Assembly: GCA_965203055.1 (NCBI GenBank)
Contig: OZ241863.1
Location: forward strand, 3,168,001 to 3,232,000
Direction of reading: 5' to 3'
Source of the DNA: Spirochaetia bacterium
GTDB taxonomy: Bacteria > Spirochaetota > Spirochaetia > SZUA-6 > Bin103
DNA length: 64,000 nucleotides
Numbering within the stretch: position 1 is the first letter of the stretch; the number at the start of each line of letters is the position of its first letter. The notes under the pieces were generated by a model that ran no database searches, was not told where the DNA came from, and saw only the letters and a program-made list of their open reading frames with translations. The position numbers and the translations under genes were made by a program. Shown piece after piece: positions 19,901-32,256 of this stretch.

Positions 19901-19978
19901 CAGATCGCCCACGGCTGCGCCCGCAAGGCCCTGCATCCGGCGCAGCTCCTCCGCGCCGCCCTGCAGTCAGCCCAATGA
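16916..19978 (+). CDS. FAD-binding / Fe-S oxidoreductase (GlcD-GlcF fusion, YdiJ-like 2-hydroxyacid dehydrogenase)
   Basis: YSTDASIY, GSEGTL, SEHGDG, CNGAGIC, CIECKACKAECP and CCG domains. Confidence 0.9.
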   Translation: MSTIIRPSPEPPAAAASGSREAVQNVADFLADLAPRVTGDLRTDTYSRLLYSTDASIYQVMPHAVFIPRHAEDVQAAVTLAAERAIPIVPRTAGSSLAGQAIGEALIIDFSRHLDAVLELNAEERWIRVQPGIVLDELNLYLQPHGLQFGPDPASSNRAAMGGIVANNSTGSHSILYGMTADHVLELETFLSDGSPAHLGPVADAALDQYRRRAGLEGRLYRGVDELARANADAILAGTPRHWRRCGGYNLDRFVDGASFRHPRDPRFNLAKLVCGSEGTLAVMTELKLGVVDLPVRTGLAVVHFSSLYEALSSVPAMLETGPSAIELLDNLGLTLCRAVPQYARLLSTFIDGEPDCVLITEFRGDTDAELRARVDDLQRHLARQGVKTRTVAAIEPALQSNVWTVRKVGLGLMMSIKGDYKPIPFIEDAAVPPQHLADYVTEIQRFCGDIGVERVAMYAHASAGCLHIRPLINAKLAADVEKLPQISSFAVELLGRYGGAWSSEHGDGRARSWLNEQFFGRELYQLYRQVKGLFDPAGILNPGQVVDAPPMTEDLRYGADYRASQRPEHVDFSADQGFDRAVEMCNGAGICRKKTEGTMCPSFMVTREEEHSTRGRANLLRAAMSGQLPEEELTGERLYAAMDLCIECKACKAECPSSVDMAKIKFEYLARYYEANPVPRRVRFFADIARASRAASGWRAPLFNSLLGAAPVRWLLERALGISRQRTLPRFAALPFTRWFAARAPAAPAAAANGHAPPPAARAAANGSPGVAAPGSGRRSVVLFNDTFNTYNDPEVAIAATEVLEAAGYRVVLPGHWCCGRPMVSKGLVEQARAAARDTVDKLHPLVAQGMPVVGLEPSCILTLKDEYLSLLPDDPRARAVAGAVVTFEEFVAAEAEAGRFALQFRPQTGRVLLHGHCHQKALVGTGPSRRTLELAGFAVEEVDSGCCGMAGSFGYEAEHLEVSLAMAERRLLPAVREAGAGTEIAAAGTSCRAQIAHGCARKALHPAQLLRAALQSAQ

Positions 19979-19991
19979 GTCCCGCTCCGGT

Positions 19992-22025
19992 ATGATCGAT
20001 AAGCGGCCGGCAACAATCGGGCAGCGCACGCGCTTTCGCGCCGACGACTTCACGTTGTTGCTGGCCGCCCTTTCGGCGCTGGGCGTCGTCCTGGTGCTGG
20101 CGCGGCAGATCGTCTACGGCGCAGGATTGGCCGGGGACTCATTGGAGTACCTGGCTATCGCCGGAAACGTGCTGGCCGGCGAAGGCTTGACCTACCTGAC
20201 CGGTGCGCCTGCGACGTTGTGGCCCCCGCTCTATCCGCTGCTGTTGGCCGGCGCCACGCTGGGCATCGTCGCCCCGCTCGACGTCGCCGGTCCCCTCAAC
20301 GCCGTCATCTTCGGGCTCACCATATTCGCCGTGGGCCACTACCTGCGCAAACGCCTAGCGGCCCGCTTCCCGGTGGTATGGGTCTGCATAGCGATAGCCC
20401 TGTCGATTCCCTTGGCCGATCTGGCGTCCTGGGCGATGGCCGGCCCTGCCTTCATGCTGTTGGCAACCGCCGCGCTCATCCGCGCCGACACGTTCCTGGT
20501 CGAGGGCAGGACGTCGTCTCTGGTCTGGGCGGGCGTGTTCAGCGCCCTGGCATGGCAGACCCGATACCTAGGCATAGCCGTGCCGGTGGTCGTGGGGCTG
20601 ACGCTCTGCTTCCAATCGGGCGCATCGCTGCGGCAGCGGGTACGACGTTGCGCCGGCTTCTCGCTGCTCGCCGGTGCGCCCATGGCGCTCTGGCTGGTGC
20701 GCAATTACCTGATCGCCGGGGTTATGACCGGACACGATTGGCCGATCGAATACCGTTTGCCGGCGATTCTGGGCGACATTGGCGAGGGTCTGTGGAGCTG
20801 GTTGGCATTCGACCTGCCGTTGTTCTACCGGCTGTCGAGCGAAGCCCCGGCGCTCTCGACCGCAGCGGGATTCGGATTGCTGTTGGCTGCGGCGGCGGTG
20901 GCGGCGAGCGTGATCGCGCGGCAGAAACACCTGCCCTGCTGTCTGTTCGGCGGCTTCGCGCTCACGTATCTCCTGTTGCTGGTCGCCGCGCTTGCGCAGG
21001 GGCGTACCCAATATGGATTCGAGGCGAGATACTTGACTCCACTGTATATTCCGCTGCTGGTCGTCGCCGCGGCCGGGCTGGACCGGATTCTCAGCGGCGC
21101 ACGCAAGCGGACGAGTGTCCCGTCCGCCATCCTGATGCTCTGCCTCTCCCTCGGGGGCGTGGGCCAGACTGCGGCCAACGTCTACCATATCAGGCGAGCC
21201 AACGCCGATCACTTCCACATCGGCTTCAACCGGCAACCCTGGTCTGATTCCGAGACGTTGCGCTACCTCCGAGCCAATCCTCTGGTCGGCGAAGTGCACA
21301 GCAACATGCCCCACATGGTGTTTCTCCAGTACTCTTACCCCCCCTCGGGGGACCGGCGGGATCTCGACCTTGGAAGAGTGGAATATCGGGAGTTACCTAG
21401 AAGCAGGACCGGGGGGTACGTCATCGACCGGCCCCCCGAGTCCGGCCGCGGGCGGGAGCAGTTGGCAGGGTGGCTTGCCGGGATTGTGGACGGAACCTGG
21501 GTGGTCTGGTTCGAGGACCAGGCGACCAACGACCTCTTCGACTACGGCGCCGCCCTGTTGCGGACCTCATCCGCCTTGGAGCCGGTGGCGGAGCTGGCCG
21601 ACGGCGCCGTCTTCAAGGTGAACCGGAACTACGCGGTCCGTTCGGACCCGTATCGGTCGACGTATGAATCGATCGCCGGCGGCAGTCACGGCGCGCCGGC
21701 AGCGCGCTCGGTCTTCGACGTCTACTTTGCCGGGAACACGCTGACGTACCTCAAGGAGCCGTGCGCTGCCGGCGACGTACGGCCGCGGTTCTTCCTGCAC
21801 GTCGTCCCGGAAGACTCAGCCGATCTTCTTGCCGGCGGCAATACGGCTGAAAGGCCAACCTTCGACAACCTTGACTTCAGCTTCCCGGACCGCGGCGTCA
21901 TCCTGAACGGGAAATGCTTGGCGGTGGTAACGCTGCCCAACTACCGAATCAGCCACGTCAGGACCGGGCAGTACGTGGCGGGGGAAGGTCATGTCTGGGA
22001 TGAGACCTTCTCCCCGCCCGACTGA
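19992..22025 (+). CDS. GT-C fold membrane glycosyltransferase (ArnT/PMT-like) with extra C-terminal soluble domain
   Basis: GDSLEY, WPPLYPLLL, TRYLGI and RYLTPLY motifs; many hydrophobic segments. Confidence 0.7.
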   Translation: MIDKRPATIGQRTRFRADDFTLLLAALSALGVVLVLARQIVYGAGLAGDSLEYLAIAGNVLAGEGLTYLTGAPATLWPPLYPLLLAGATLGIVAPLDVAGPLNAVIFGLTIFAVGHYLRKRLAARFPVVWVCIAIALSIPLADLASWAMAGPAFMLLATAALIRADTFLVEGRTSSLVWAGVFSALAWQTRYLGIAVPVVVGLTLCFQSGASLRQRVRRCAGFSLLAGAPMALWLVRNYLIAGVMTGHDWPIEYRLPAILGDIGEGLWSWLAFDLPLFYRLSSEAPALSTAAGFGLLLAAAAVAASVIARQKHLPCCLFGGFALTYLLLLVAALAQGRTQYGFEARYLTPLYIPLLVVAAAGLDRILSGARKRTSVPSAILMLCLSLGGVGQTAANVYHIRRANADHFHIGFNRQPWSDSETLRYLRANPLVGEVHSNMPHMVFLQYSYPPSGDRRDLDLGRVEYRELPRSRTGGYVIDRPPESGRGREQLAGWLAGIVDGTWVVWFEDQATNDLFDYGAALLRTSSALEPVAELADGAVFKVNRNYAVRSDPYRSTYESIAGGSHGAPAARSVFDVYFAGNTLTYLKEPCAAGDVRPRFFLHVVPEDSADLLAGGNTAERPTFDNLDFSFPDRGVILNGKCLAVVTLPNYRISHVRTGQYVAGEGHVWDETFSPPD

Positions 22026-22114
22026 GCGCCGGCTCCGGATGGCGGAATCCCCACGTGCGTTCTACGAACCGGCGGCGGCCAGCTCCAGGTATCGTGCCGG
22101 TGTGAGGCTGGTGT

Positions 22115-22804
22115 TCAGGTGGGGAGCAGGAAGGCGCGGCCGAAGCCGCGGACCAAGTGGCTGGCCAGCCAGCGGCCGGTGCCGTCGCGCGGGGCGCCGC
22201 GCTGGCGCATGGCGGCGTTCGGGGGGATTGCGTCGGGATGGAGCAGGTTCATCTGCTCGATCACGACGCCGCGGCGGACGTGGTTGTGGACGTAGCTGAT
22301 AGTGCCGTCGCCGCTGGTCGCGGTGACCATGGCCAAGTGGGTGAGCTCGTCGTTCCAGCGCCGGTCGCCGTTGCGGTCGAAGGTGTTGTCGAAGAACACC
22401 AGGTCGCCGGGGGCCGGGAGCAGGCGCGGGTCGGCGGGGTAGTACAGCCCGTGGGCAACGACCATCTGATAGATGCGCGCCACGCCGCTGCCGGTGTAGT
22501 CGACGAAGCGCCGCCCGAGGTTGACACCCGATGCCGCATAGATCGCCAGGACCGTCCCGGAGCAGTCGAAGTTGTAGCGCGTCCCGCCCACGTACAGTTG
22601 GTCCGCGCCGATGAAGTCGTGCGCCGCCGCTACCAGTTGCCGCTGGCGCTCGTCGCCTCCGGCAACCTCCGGGCCGACCTCGGACGGCGGCAGCAGGGCC
22701 GGTCGCATGGCCGCGGGAGTGGAGCCGCAGGCGCCCAGCGCGCCGGCCGCGGCCACTACCGCCAGGATCAGCTTCCATCGGTGCTTCGCATCCCTACAGA
22801 CCAT
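22115..22804 (-). CDS. NlpC/P60 (CHAP-like) lipoprotein
   Basis: Lipobox LGAC; FDCSG, PGDLVFFDNT, THLAMV. Confidence 0.8.
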   Translation of the reverse strand: MVCRDAKHRWKLILAVVAAAGALGACGSTPAAMRPALLPPSEVGPEVAGGDERQRQLVAAAHDFIGADQLYVGGTRYNFDCSGTVLAIYAASGVNLGRRFVDYTGSGVARIYQMVVAHGLYYPADPRLLPAPGDLVFFDNTFDRNGDRRWNDELTHLAMVTATSGDGTISYVHNHVRRGVVIEQMNLLHPDAIPPNAAMRQRGAPRDGTGRWLASHLVRGFGRAFLLPT

Positions 22805-22947
22805 CGATTACTCCGCCTAATAACCATCGGCAGATCCGCAGCGACGTTGAATCCGCCTGGCCCTCCGGCGGGTCACGTAACGTCGCCCGCTGGACGCTGG
22901 CTGCCGTGGGCGCTTACGCTGGGCGCGGGAGGTAGCCACTGTCTGTC

Positions 22948-25665
<2,718 letters not shown>

Positions 25666-25678
25666 CAGGAGAACACTG

Positions 25679-26437
25679 ATGACCTTCGTTCGTTTTGCCC
25701 GTGAGGATGAGAGCGTTTCCTACGGCCTGCTCGCCGGCGAGGAGATCCAACCGCTCAGCGGCTCCCCCTTCGGGAGCTGGTCGGAGCAGGGGGCGCCGCT
25801 GGCGGTGAGCGCCGTGCGCCTGCTGGCGCCGGTGGAGCCGAGCAAGGGACTGGCGCTGGCAAGCAACTTCCGCGATCACCTGCACGGGACGCCCGAACCG
25901 ACCCAGCCGGAACCGTTCTGGAAGGCGCCCAACGCCTTCATCGGCCCCGGCGAGACCATCCTGCTGCCCCCCGGGGTGGCGCGCGTCGATGCCGAAGGCG
26001 AAGCCGTAGCGGTGATCGGGAGCTGGTGCAGCCGGGTTTCGGAGCAGGAGGCGTTGAGCCACGTCCTGGGCTACACCTGCGGCAACGACGTCAGCGGCCG
26101 CCCCTGGCAGAGCGGCGACAACCAGTGGTGGCGCGCCAAGTCGGCCGACACCTTCGGCCCGATTGGCCCAGCCGTCGTAACCGATCTGGAAGCGGCCGGC
26201 CTGGAGGTGATAACCCGCATCAACGGCGCCGAGGTGCAGCGCTGCAGCCTCGCCGACATGATCTACGACTTCGCCACGACCATCTCCTTCATCAGCCAGG
26301 CCGTCACCCTGCAGCCCGGCGACGTGATTTTTTCCGGCACCTCCGGCTCCCCGGCGCAGCTCCACGACGGCGATACCTGCGAGGTGGAAATTCCCGGCGT
26401 GGGCGTGCTCGGCAACCCGGTAAAGCTGCGTACCTGA
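25679..26437 (+). CDS. Fumarylacetoacetate hydrolase family protein
   Basis: GYTCGNDVS, KSADTFGPIGP, LQPGDVIFSGT; SD AGGAG. Confidence 0.9.
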   Translation: MTFVRFAREDESVSYGLLAGEEIQPLSGSPFGSWSEQGAPLAVSAVRLLAPVEPSKGLALASNFRDHLHGTPEPTQPEPFWKAPNAFIGPGETILLPPGVARVDAEGEAVAVIGSWCSRVSEQEALSHVLGYTCGNDVSGRPWQSGDNQWWRAKSADTFGPIGPAVVTDLEAAGLEVITRINGAEVQRCSLADMIYDFATTISFISQAVTLQPGDVIFSGTSGSPAQLHDGDTCEVEIPGVGVLGNPVKLRT

Positions 26438-26494
26438 AGTAGCTGAGCAACCTGCCGGAGCGCGCCGGCTGCGCCGGTGGTGAACCCGCCCGCT

Positions 26495-26972
26495 TCAGGT
26501 GAGGTCCGGCGGGGCGAGTTGCCGTAGCGCTTCGTACACCACTACCGCGACCGCGTTGGCCAGGTTGAGGCAACGCAGGCCGCGCCGCATCGGAATGCGG
26601 GCCGCGGCCGCGGCGTGGCGGGTGCGCAGCTCCGCGGGGAGGCCGGCGGTCTCGTTGCCGAACAGCAGGTAGGCGCCGCGGCGGTAGTCGACGTCGGTGT
26701 AGCGCCGCCGGCCGCGGGTGGTCAGCAGCACGAGCTGGCCGGCGGCTGCGGCAGCCAGCACCGGCCCCGGGCCGGCGTGGGTATGAACCGTCACGTCGGA
26801 CCAGTAGTCGAGGCCGGCGCGCCGCACTGCGCTTGCCGTGACCGCGAAGCCGAGCGGTTCGATCAGATGCAACTCGGCCCCCACCGCGGCGCAGGTCCGG
26901 GCGATGTTGCCGGTGTTCTGCGGAATCTGCGGCTGGTACAGGACGACGTGCAGGAGCGCCCCGCCGGACTGA

Positions 26973-26989
<17 letters not shown>
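26495..26989 (-). CDS. trmL: tRNA (cytidine/uridine(34)-2'-O)-methyltransferase
   Basis: [38 protein letters not shown]. The start (GTG 26989) is uncertain. Confidence 0.9.
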
Positions 26990-27935
<946 letters not shown>

Positions 27936-28110
27936 GCCGTACCCGTGCTGCGGTGACCCAAGCGCCGTTACGGAGCGGGTACGATTTGGTAACCCGAGTC
28001 AACGAGCCATTGCAAGCGCCGCAGGCGCCCGCGGCCGGCGGCGTTCGGGGGCGCCGCGGCCGGCCGGTTGCCGCGCCCTGCGGAGTAAGGTAATCTTCGC
28101 CATTCCCGTT

Positions 28111-29718
28111 ATGCCTGTGCCATCCAAGACCAAGACCGGAACCAGCGCCCGCGCGGCCAAGTCGACCGCAACCAGGCGCGCCCGCAGCGCAGTGCCGCCG
28201 GGCACGCTCGCCGAGCTGCGCGCCGCCGGCTACCCGGCGGCGCGCACGGTCAAGGACGAGATGCGCGACAACCTGGAGCGCATGCTGCGCGCCGGCGCCG
28301 ACACCGCGGAGCTGTTCCCCGGCATCCTCGGTTACGAGAAGACCGTGCTGCCGGGTCTGGTGAACGCCGTCCTGTCGCGCCACGACTTCATCCTCCTGGG
28401 CCTGCGCGGCCAAGCCAAGACGCGCATCCTGCGCAGTCTGGTGCGGTTCCTCGATGAACGCATCCCCGCCATCGACGGGACCGACCTCAACGAGAACCCG
28501 TTCGCTCCAATCACCGCGCAGGGGCGCCGCCTGCTGGCCAAGCACGGCGCCGCCACCCCGATCCGCTGGATCGAGCGCGGCGAGCGCTACCAGGAAAAGC
28601 TCGCCACCCCGGACGTGACCATCGCCGACCTGATCGGCGACGTCGACCCGATCAAGGCCGCCACCCAGCGGCTCTCCTACGCCGACCAGGGGGTGATCCA
28701 CTACGGCATCGTGCCGCGCACCAACCGCGGCATCTTCGCCATCAACGAGCTCCCCGACCTGCCGCCGCGCATCCAGGTGGGCCTGCTCAACATCCTGGAG
28801 GAGAAGGATTTTCAGATCCGCGGCTTTCCCCTGCGCATCCCGCTGGACATCTGCATGGTGTTCTCCGCCAACCCCGAGGACTACACCAACCGCGGCAATA
28901 TCATCTCGCCGCTCAAGGACCGCATCGACTCGCAGATCATCACCCACTACCCGCAGGACCTGGAGCATGCCCTGGCGATTACCCGCCAGGAGGCATGGAC
29001 CGCGCGCGGCGGCGCCGCTTGCGTGGAGGTGCCGGATTACTATCGCGAGTTGATCGAGGACGTGGCGTTCGAAGCGCGCGCGAGCGAATTCGTGGATCAG
29101 AAGTCGGGCGTGTCGGCGCGCATGACCATCGCCCTGCTGGAGAACGTCATCTCCAACGTGGAGCGGCGCTGCTTTCGCCACGGCGACCGGTTGGCCTATC
29201 CGCGGCTGTCGGATCTGCACCAGGCGCTGCCGGCCATCACCGGCAAGCTGGAGCTGGTGTACGAAGGCGAGCAGGAGGGACCGGCGCTGGTGGCGCGCAA
29301 GATCATCGGTCAGGCGGTGCGGCGCACCTTTCGCCGCTACTTTCCCAAACCTGACGTCAAGGTGCGGGACGGCAAGGAAGGCAGGGAAGGCAAGGAGAGT
29401 AAGGAAGCGGCCGACGCTTCCTCACCCTACGACCCCATAGTCTCCTGGTTCTCGCACGGCCACACGGTGGAGACGGCGGACGATCTGCCCTACGCGGAGT
29501 ACCGGGGGCGTTTCGAGCAGGTGAGCGGGTTGCGCGAGCTGGCTACCGCCGGCCTGAAGATCGCGGCAGAGGAGGAGGAGGGCCTGGGGATGGAGTTGGT
29601 GCTCGAAGGGCTGCACCAGCACTCGATGCTCTCCAAGCGCGATCTCGACAGCGCCAGCTCCTACCGCGACATGCTCAAGGCGATGTTCGATCAGATGGGC
29701 GACGACGAACGCGACTGA
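28111..29718 (+). CDS. AAA+ ATPase (magnesium-chelatase/MoxR-related, vWA-associated)
   Basis: GLRGQAKT, EKLATPD, AINELPDL, ANPEDYTNRG. Confidence 0.85.
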   Translation: MPVPSKTKTGTSARAAKSTATRRARSAVPPGTLAELRAAGYPAARTVKDEMRDNLERMLRAGADTAELFPGILGYEKTVLPGLVNAVLSRHDFILLGLRGQAKTRILRSLVRFLDERIPAIDGTDLNENPFAPITAQGRRLLAKHGAATPIRWIERGERYQEKLATPDVTIADLIGDVDPIKAATQRLSYADQGVIHYGIVPRTNRGIFAINELPDLPPRIQVGLLNILEEKDFQIRGFPLRIPLDICMVFSANPEDYTNRGNIISPLKDRIDSQIITHYPQDLEHALAITRQEAWTARGGAACVEVPDYYRELIEDVAFEARASEFVDQKSGVSARMTIALLENVISNVERRCFRHGDRLAYPRLSDLHQALPAITGKLELVYEGEQEGPALVARKIIGQAVRRTFRRYFPKPDVKVRDGKEGREGKESKEAADASSPYDPIVSWFSHGHTVETADDLPYAEYRGRFEQVSGLRELATAGLKIAAEEEEGLGMELVLEGLHQHSMLSKRDLDSASSYRDMLKAMFDQMGDDERD

Positions 29719-29748
29719 CGACCGGCGGTGCGCGCAGGAGGGTAGAAC

Positions 29749-30837
29749 GTGAATTTCCAGTATCTGAAGTGGGACGAGTCGTTGGCCGCCGCCCTCCAGA
29801 ACTTCACCAACCTGATGAACCTGTTCAACTTCCTGCTGCTGCAGGCCAGCGGCGACGTGGACCGGGTGCTGGAATGGATGAGGTACCTGCAGCGGCGCGG
29901 CTTCATCGACGAGCGGTTCGATCTGGAGGAGTTCCGCGAGCAGTTGGAGCATCAGGCGATCATTCAGCGTGAGGGCGAAGGCCATTCGCTCACCGTGCGC
30001 GGCGAGCAGCAGATCCGCAAGGAATCGCTCAAGCTGATCTTCAACAACCTCAAGCGCGGCGGCTTCGGCCAGCATCGCACGCCGCATACCGGCGACGGCG
30101 GCGAGCGCCTGCCGGAGACGCGCCCCTATCGGTTCGGCGACCCGATCACCCAGATCGACGCCTTCGCTACCGTCAACAACGCGGTGAAGCGGAGCGGAGT
30201 GGACGACATCATGCTCGGCGAGCAGGACTTCGAGGTGTTCGAGACCGAGCACACCTCCTCCTGCGCCACGGTGCTGCTGATCGACCTCAGCCACAGCATG
30301 ATCCTGTACGGCGAAGATCGCATCACGCCCGCCAAGCAGGTGGCGCTGGCGCTGTATGAATTGATCACCACTCAATTCCCGAAGGACAGCCTGCACGTCG
30401 CCTACTTCGGCGACGACGCGCGCATGATCGAGGTGCGCGACATTCCCTACCTCAAGGTGGGTCCGTTCCATACCAACACCAAGGCGGGGCTGCAGCTCGC
30501 GCAGAACGTGCTGCGCAACCAGAAGCATCCCAACAAGCAGGTGTTCATGATCACCGACGGCAAGCCTTCGGCCATCTTCGAGAACGGCCGCCTCTACAAG
30601 AACTCGTTCGGGTTGGATCCCAAGATCGTCAATCAGACGCTGGAGGAGGCCGCCGCCTGCAAGCGCCAGGGCATCGTGATCACCACCTTCATGGTCACCG
30701 AGGATCCCTACCTGGTGAAATTCGTCGAGGAGCTGTCGCGCATCAACAGCGGCCGCGCCTACTACTCCTCCCTCGACAACCTGGGCAACTACATCTTCGC
30801 CGATTACGCCAGGAACCGCCGCCGCAACGTCCGCTGA
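29749..30837 (+). CDS. vWA domain protein, partner of upstream AAA+ ATPase
   Basis: MIDAS motif DLSHSM, TNT and ITDGKP. Confidence 0.85.
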   Translation: MNFQYLKWDESLAAALQNFTNLMNLFNFLLLQASGDVDRVLEWMRYLQRRGFIDERFDLEEFREQLEHQAIIQREGEGHSLTVRGEQQIRKESLKLIFNNLKRGGFGQHRTPHTGDGGERLPETRPYRFGDPITQIDAFATVNNAVKRSGVDDIMLGEQDFEVFETEHTSSCATVLLIDLSHSMILYGEDRITPAKQVALALYELITTQFPKDSLHVAYFGDDARMIEVRDIPYLKVGPFHTNTKAGLQLAQNVLRNQKHPNKQVFMITDGKPSAIFENGRLYKNSFGLDPKIVNQTLEEAAACKRQGIVITTFMVTEDPYLVKFVEELSRINSGRAYYSSLDNLGNYIFADYARNRRRNVR

Positions 30838-30864
30838 CCCGCCGAGTGGTACGAAGGCGTTAGC

Positions 30865-32256
30865 GTGCCGCGCAGCGATCTTCCGTTCGGAAGCGAGTTC
30901 TCTCCTAAGCAAATCACCCTGCCGGTGTTACTGGAACTGGCCCATTCTCATGGGTCTGACTGGAAGGCATTCGAGATCGCGGTCTGCAATCGGTACTTTG
31001 CCGGCCACGACACTTCCCCATATAATCAGCGCAAGCTGGCCAACAATACCAAGCTCTCCATGCGCGCCTATGGCATCATCGGCGCACGGGACGCCACGCT
31101 CACGCCGGTCGGCGAGAGACTGTACGGTTTCCGCACCGACGAACTCGCCCTCCACGAAGAATTCACACGGCACATTCTGAAGAACTGTCACGGTATGAAC
31201 TTCGTGCAGTGCGTCCGGGACATGCAGGCCGCCGGCGAGCGGATCGACCTCACCAGGTTGCGCCGCTGGCTGCAAGAGCGCGGCATCGTCGTTCCTCGCG
31301 GCGGCAAGCACATGAGCACATTGCGCCTGTGGCTCGAACGGGGCGGCATCTTCGTATCCGGTTATCGCGTGGATGAGGGGCGCCTGTCCGAGATCCTGGG
31401 TATCGGGGTAGAGGAGTACGAAGCACTCGCCGGCTTTTCACGGGAGCAACGTGGTTACTTGAAGGCGTTGGCGAACCTCGGCGGCGGTGGTCCGTATGCC
31501 TCGAACGAAATCGAGAAGCTCGCGACTGCCACCTACGGGGTAGCCTTCAACGAGAAGAACCTGCCGAAACAGGTGCTCTACGGGTTGCGGGATGCGGGGT
31601 ACATTCGTCTTGAGCGCGGGACCAAGGCGCCGGGAAGAGGCGCAAAGCCGTTTCTGGTCACCGCCACCAGCAAGCTGACTGCGGAGCTCGTTACCCCGCT
31701 GATCGAGCAGTTGGAGCGGCAGACGCTTCCTGATCTGCGGCCGTTGCTCCGCAAGCCGCTCAGTGAGCTCCGCCGGGAGCTCAAGTCGCGGGACCGGCAT
31801 ATCCGCGGTCTGGCGCTGGAGGCCCTGGCGGTGTGGCTGATGCGCCTGATCGATCTGACCTACGTCGCTACGCGCCTGCGCGGGAGCGTCACCGGCGGGG
31901 CTGAAGTCGATCTGATCTTCGAGAGTGCCCGGCTGGTATTCTCCCGGTGGCAGATCCAATGCAAGAATACCGCCGGCGTCGCGCTTGACGACGTGGCCAA
32001 GGAAGTGGGTCTCAGTCATCTCCTCAAGAGTAACGTGATCGTCATGGTTTCGACCGGAGAGATTGGCAATGAGGCGCGGCGGTACGGCAACAAGATCATG
32101 ACCGAATCCAACCTTTGTATCGCAATGGTGGACGGAGCCGACCTCGATCTCATCGAGGCGCGGCCGGCGGCGATCGTCGATGTACTGTCGCGTGAGGCTC
32201 GTCATGCCATGGACCTCAAGAAACTCGACCAAGGAGCCGACCATGGCGCAACGTGA
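30865..32256 (+). CDS. Restriction endonuclease with C-terminal Mrr-like PD-(D/E)XK domain
   Basis: GLALE...AEVDL...WQIQCKN. Overlaps the downstream methyltransferase start. Confidence 0.8.
   Translation: MPRSDLPFGSEFSPKQITLPVLLELAHSHGSDWKAFEIAVCNRYFAGHDTSPYNQRKLANNTKLSMRAYGIIGARDATLTPVGERLYGFRTDELALHEEFTRHILKNCHGMNFVQCVRDMQAAGERIDLTRLRRWLQERGIVVPRGGKHMSTLRLWLERGGIFVSGYRVDEGRLSEILGIGVEEYEALAGFSREQRGYLKALANLGGGGPYASNEIEKLATATYGVAFNEKNLPKQVLYGLRDAGYIRLERGTKAPGRGAKPFLVTATSKLTAELVTPLIEQLERQTLPDLRPLLRKPLSELRRELKSRDRHIRGLALEALAVWLMRLIDLTYVATRLRGSVTGGAEVDLIFESARLVFSRWQIQCKNTAGVALDDVAKEVGLSHLLKSNVIVMVSTGEIGNEARRYGNKIMTESNLCIAMVDGADLDLIEARPAAIVDVLSREARHAMDLKKLDQGADHGAT

Noticed and set aside
28111..30837. 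Magnesium chelatase / photosynthesis function or broken Walker A (GQAKT)
   Set aside because: GLRGQAKT is normal for this vWA-partnered AAA+ family; no tetrapyrrole genes nearby.
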